This document shows, in pieces, positions 49,344 to 50,465 of a DNA stretch of 50,465 bases (positions are counted from its first letter, which is position 1; every line of letters begins with the position of its first letter). A program made the translations under genes and the position numbers. This DNA comes from Psammoneis japonica (taxonomy: Eukaryota). The stretch spans positions 1 through 50,465 of the forward strand of contig QPGO01000349.1 of NCBI GenBank assembly GCA_008632985.1, written 5' to 3'. The notes beneath the pieces are model-generated. The model had not been told where the DNA came from and did not search any database. It saw only the letters and a program-made list of their open reading frames with translations.

Positions 49344-49920
49344 CCTGTTCTTCTGCCGCCATGCCATGAATTTCGATGCTGGGCTTGGTGAGTCACTGTT
49401 GAAGGACTTTGTCAAATTGCCATTGGCTGCGGCTCAACAGCGCAGCTTTGACATCTTCTCAGGTCAGGTTGCATCTTGCATGGAAGACCAAATGGGGGTT
49501 CACCACTCAATCTCTGCCAATCCATGGACAACAAACAAGGCGGATCACAGATTCCGTGTGGTGGGCAATTCGGCCAAACACCATCTGGGTGGGTCCTCAT
49601 GTGTTTTAAAGTGCAATGCTTCAAACAAGGCTGTTTTGTTCCTCTGGAAGGGAAAACAAAAACAGTGCCAGGTGCACCCTGTGCTCCTGAACTTTGTGGG
49701 AAAAAAAGTGGAAGGACTGTGTTGGCGACGGAGAGAACCAGTCAAAAGCACTCTTTGCAAATTGAGCATTGCAACAAAAAAGGAGTCGACACTTGCCGTG
49801 CACACCCGGGCTGTGACAGTGAAGGCACCATCCACGACTGGGCAAGTGCAAACTTTGGCACTTGGCACAGTGATTTGTTCTTCCCTTCACGGCTTCATTC
49901 TTTCTTTCAAAGAGAGATTG

Positions 49921-50370
49921 TGCAATGTGCAGCCACCGACAAGAGTCAATGTATCACGGCGACGTGTTGCAGCCTTTAAATGTCACAAAGGGCGTGACAA
50001 AAATGACCTTTTGTCTGCATGCATGCTGCACTGTGAATTCATGGCGGAGTGGTTCATCTCGCAACCATTGGGCAGGAGGCCAGGGGTTCGAAACCCTGAG
50101 TGGGAGTTGTCTGCAGCAACGTTGATCACTGTCGAACGCACTAAAACTCTGTGCAGTTCTGTGTGTTCCTTCGCACGCACCCACACTGTTCCGCCAAAAC
50201 CGTGCAGTGTCAGCACACGTCAGTGAAGAGCCGTGTGGACGCGTGACACATGGGGAGGAGTGCAGTGCACAGCTGCCAACAAGAGTCAATGCATCACGGC
50301 GACGTGTCACAGCCTTTAAATGTCACAAAGGGCGTGACAAAAATGACCTTTTGTCTGCATGCACACTGCA
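49921..50370 (+). mobile_element. TRIM, second copy in opposite orientation, 450 bp
   Basis: 110-bp LTRs 49921..50030 and 50261..50370; PPT TGGGGAGGAG at 50251-50260; TSD ATTG. Confidence 0.92.
50042..50098 (+). promoter_or_regulatory. tRNA-like internal Pol III promoter (A box + B box) inside the TRIM
   Basis: A box TGGCGGAGTGGT (50042) and B box GGTTCGAAACC within a CAGGG...CCCTG hairpin (50081-50098), at tRNA-like spacing. Confidence 0.6.
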
Positions 50371-50465
50371 ATTGATGGCGAGTCATTTGCAGTTGTTCAT
50401 CCTTGCACTCGTCCGCCAGTGTGCCATGTGGTGGAATGCTTGCAACACACCGACCTTGTAGTCGA

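Larger units (their letters stand above)
46405..50465 (+). pseudogene. Plavaka-like transposase, degraded, with two TRIM insertions; probably continues past the window
   Basis: N-terminal CPCC...GHL...C finger, LTVCADKT...EPMMVT, WRVLGCIPDL, INGDAKSGDCLVGR...CSRFC, MHL.E, (W)KLQKLHELIHLP and NFDAGLGESLLKDFVKLP...AQQR, recalled as the Plavaka motif series. Confidence 0.65.

Noticed and set aside
50035..50110. Functional tRNA gene
   Set aside because: Only A/B boxes and a T-arm-like hairpin are evident. There is no convincing acceptor or anticodon stem, and it lies within a TRIM.
25760..50465. Hundreds of overlapping 60-200-aa Cys/His-rich ORFs in all six frames
   Set aside because: Expected artefact of TpA loss, which removes TAA/TAG stops and enriches TGY/CAY codons. 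They are not real small genes or metal-binding proteins.
860..50465. Alternative genetic code or RNA editing explaining Tyr->Cys/His
   Set aside because: Non-coding TSDs, LTRs and MITEs show the same TA loss, and it varies between copies, so it is DNA-level mutation.

Overview
Eukaryotic window, most likely a diatom (inference from an ASAF-type plastid presequence and Ambal-like and Plavaka-like elements). Only the 5' end of one host gene is present (1-275, minus strand). The rest is a nested transposon cluster. (i) A 1453-aa PIN/XPG-like nuclease + SWIM + THAP + PIF/Harbinger(ISL2EU)-type transposase ORF. (ii) A triple nest: a 390-bp MITE (TSD GACA, 5841..25757), containing a Harbinger-type MITE (TSD TAA, 6035..25559), containing a ~19.2-kb piggyBac-terminated unit (TTAA, 19-bp TIRs, 6369..25550). 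That unit holds a DEDDh-exonuclease-fused piggyBac transposase, a Helitron Rep-PIF1 helicase and three adjacent chromatin/DNA-modifier-like genes (DOT1-like, TET/JBP-like, SET). (iii) An RT+RNase H LINE flanked by a ~150-bp direct repeat. (iv) A Gypsy LTR element with both LTRs. (v) A Plavaka-like transposase interrupted by two 450-bp TRIMs carrying tRNA-like A/B boxes. (vi) Ten copies of a ~390-bp MITE family with 4-bp TSDs. The dominant signal is near-complete, repeat-restricted loss of TpA dinucleotides by TA->TG/CA transitions. These convert conserved Tyr to Cys/His in most elements and alter TSDs, resembling a RIP-like genome defence of opposite polarity (A:T->G:C). All domain calls are by-eye motif recognition; no database search was run.
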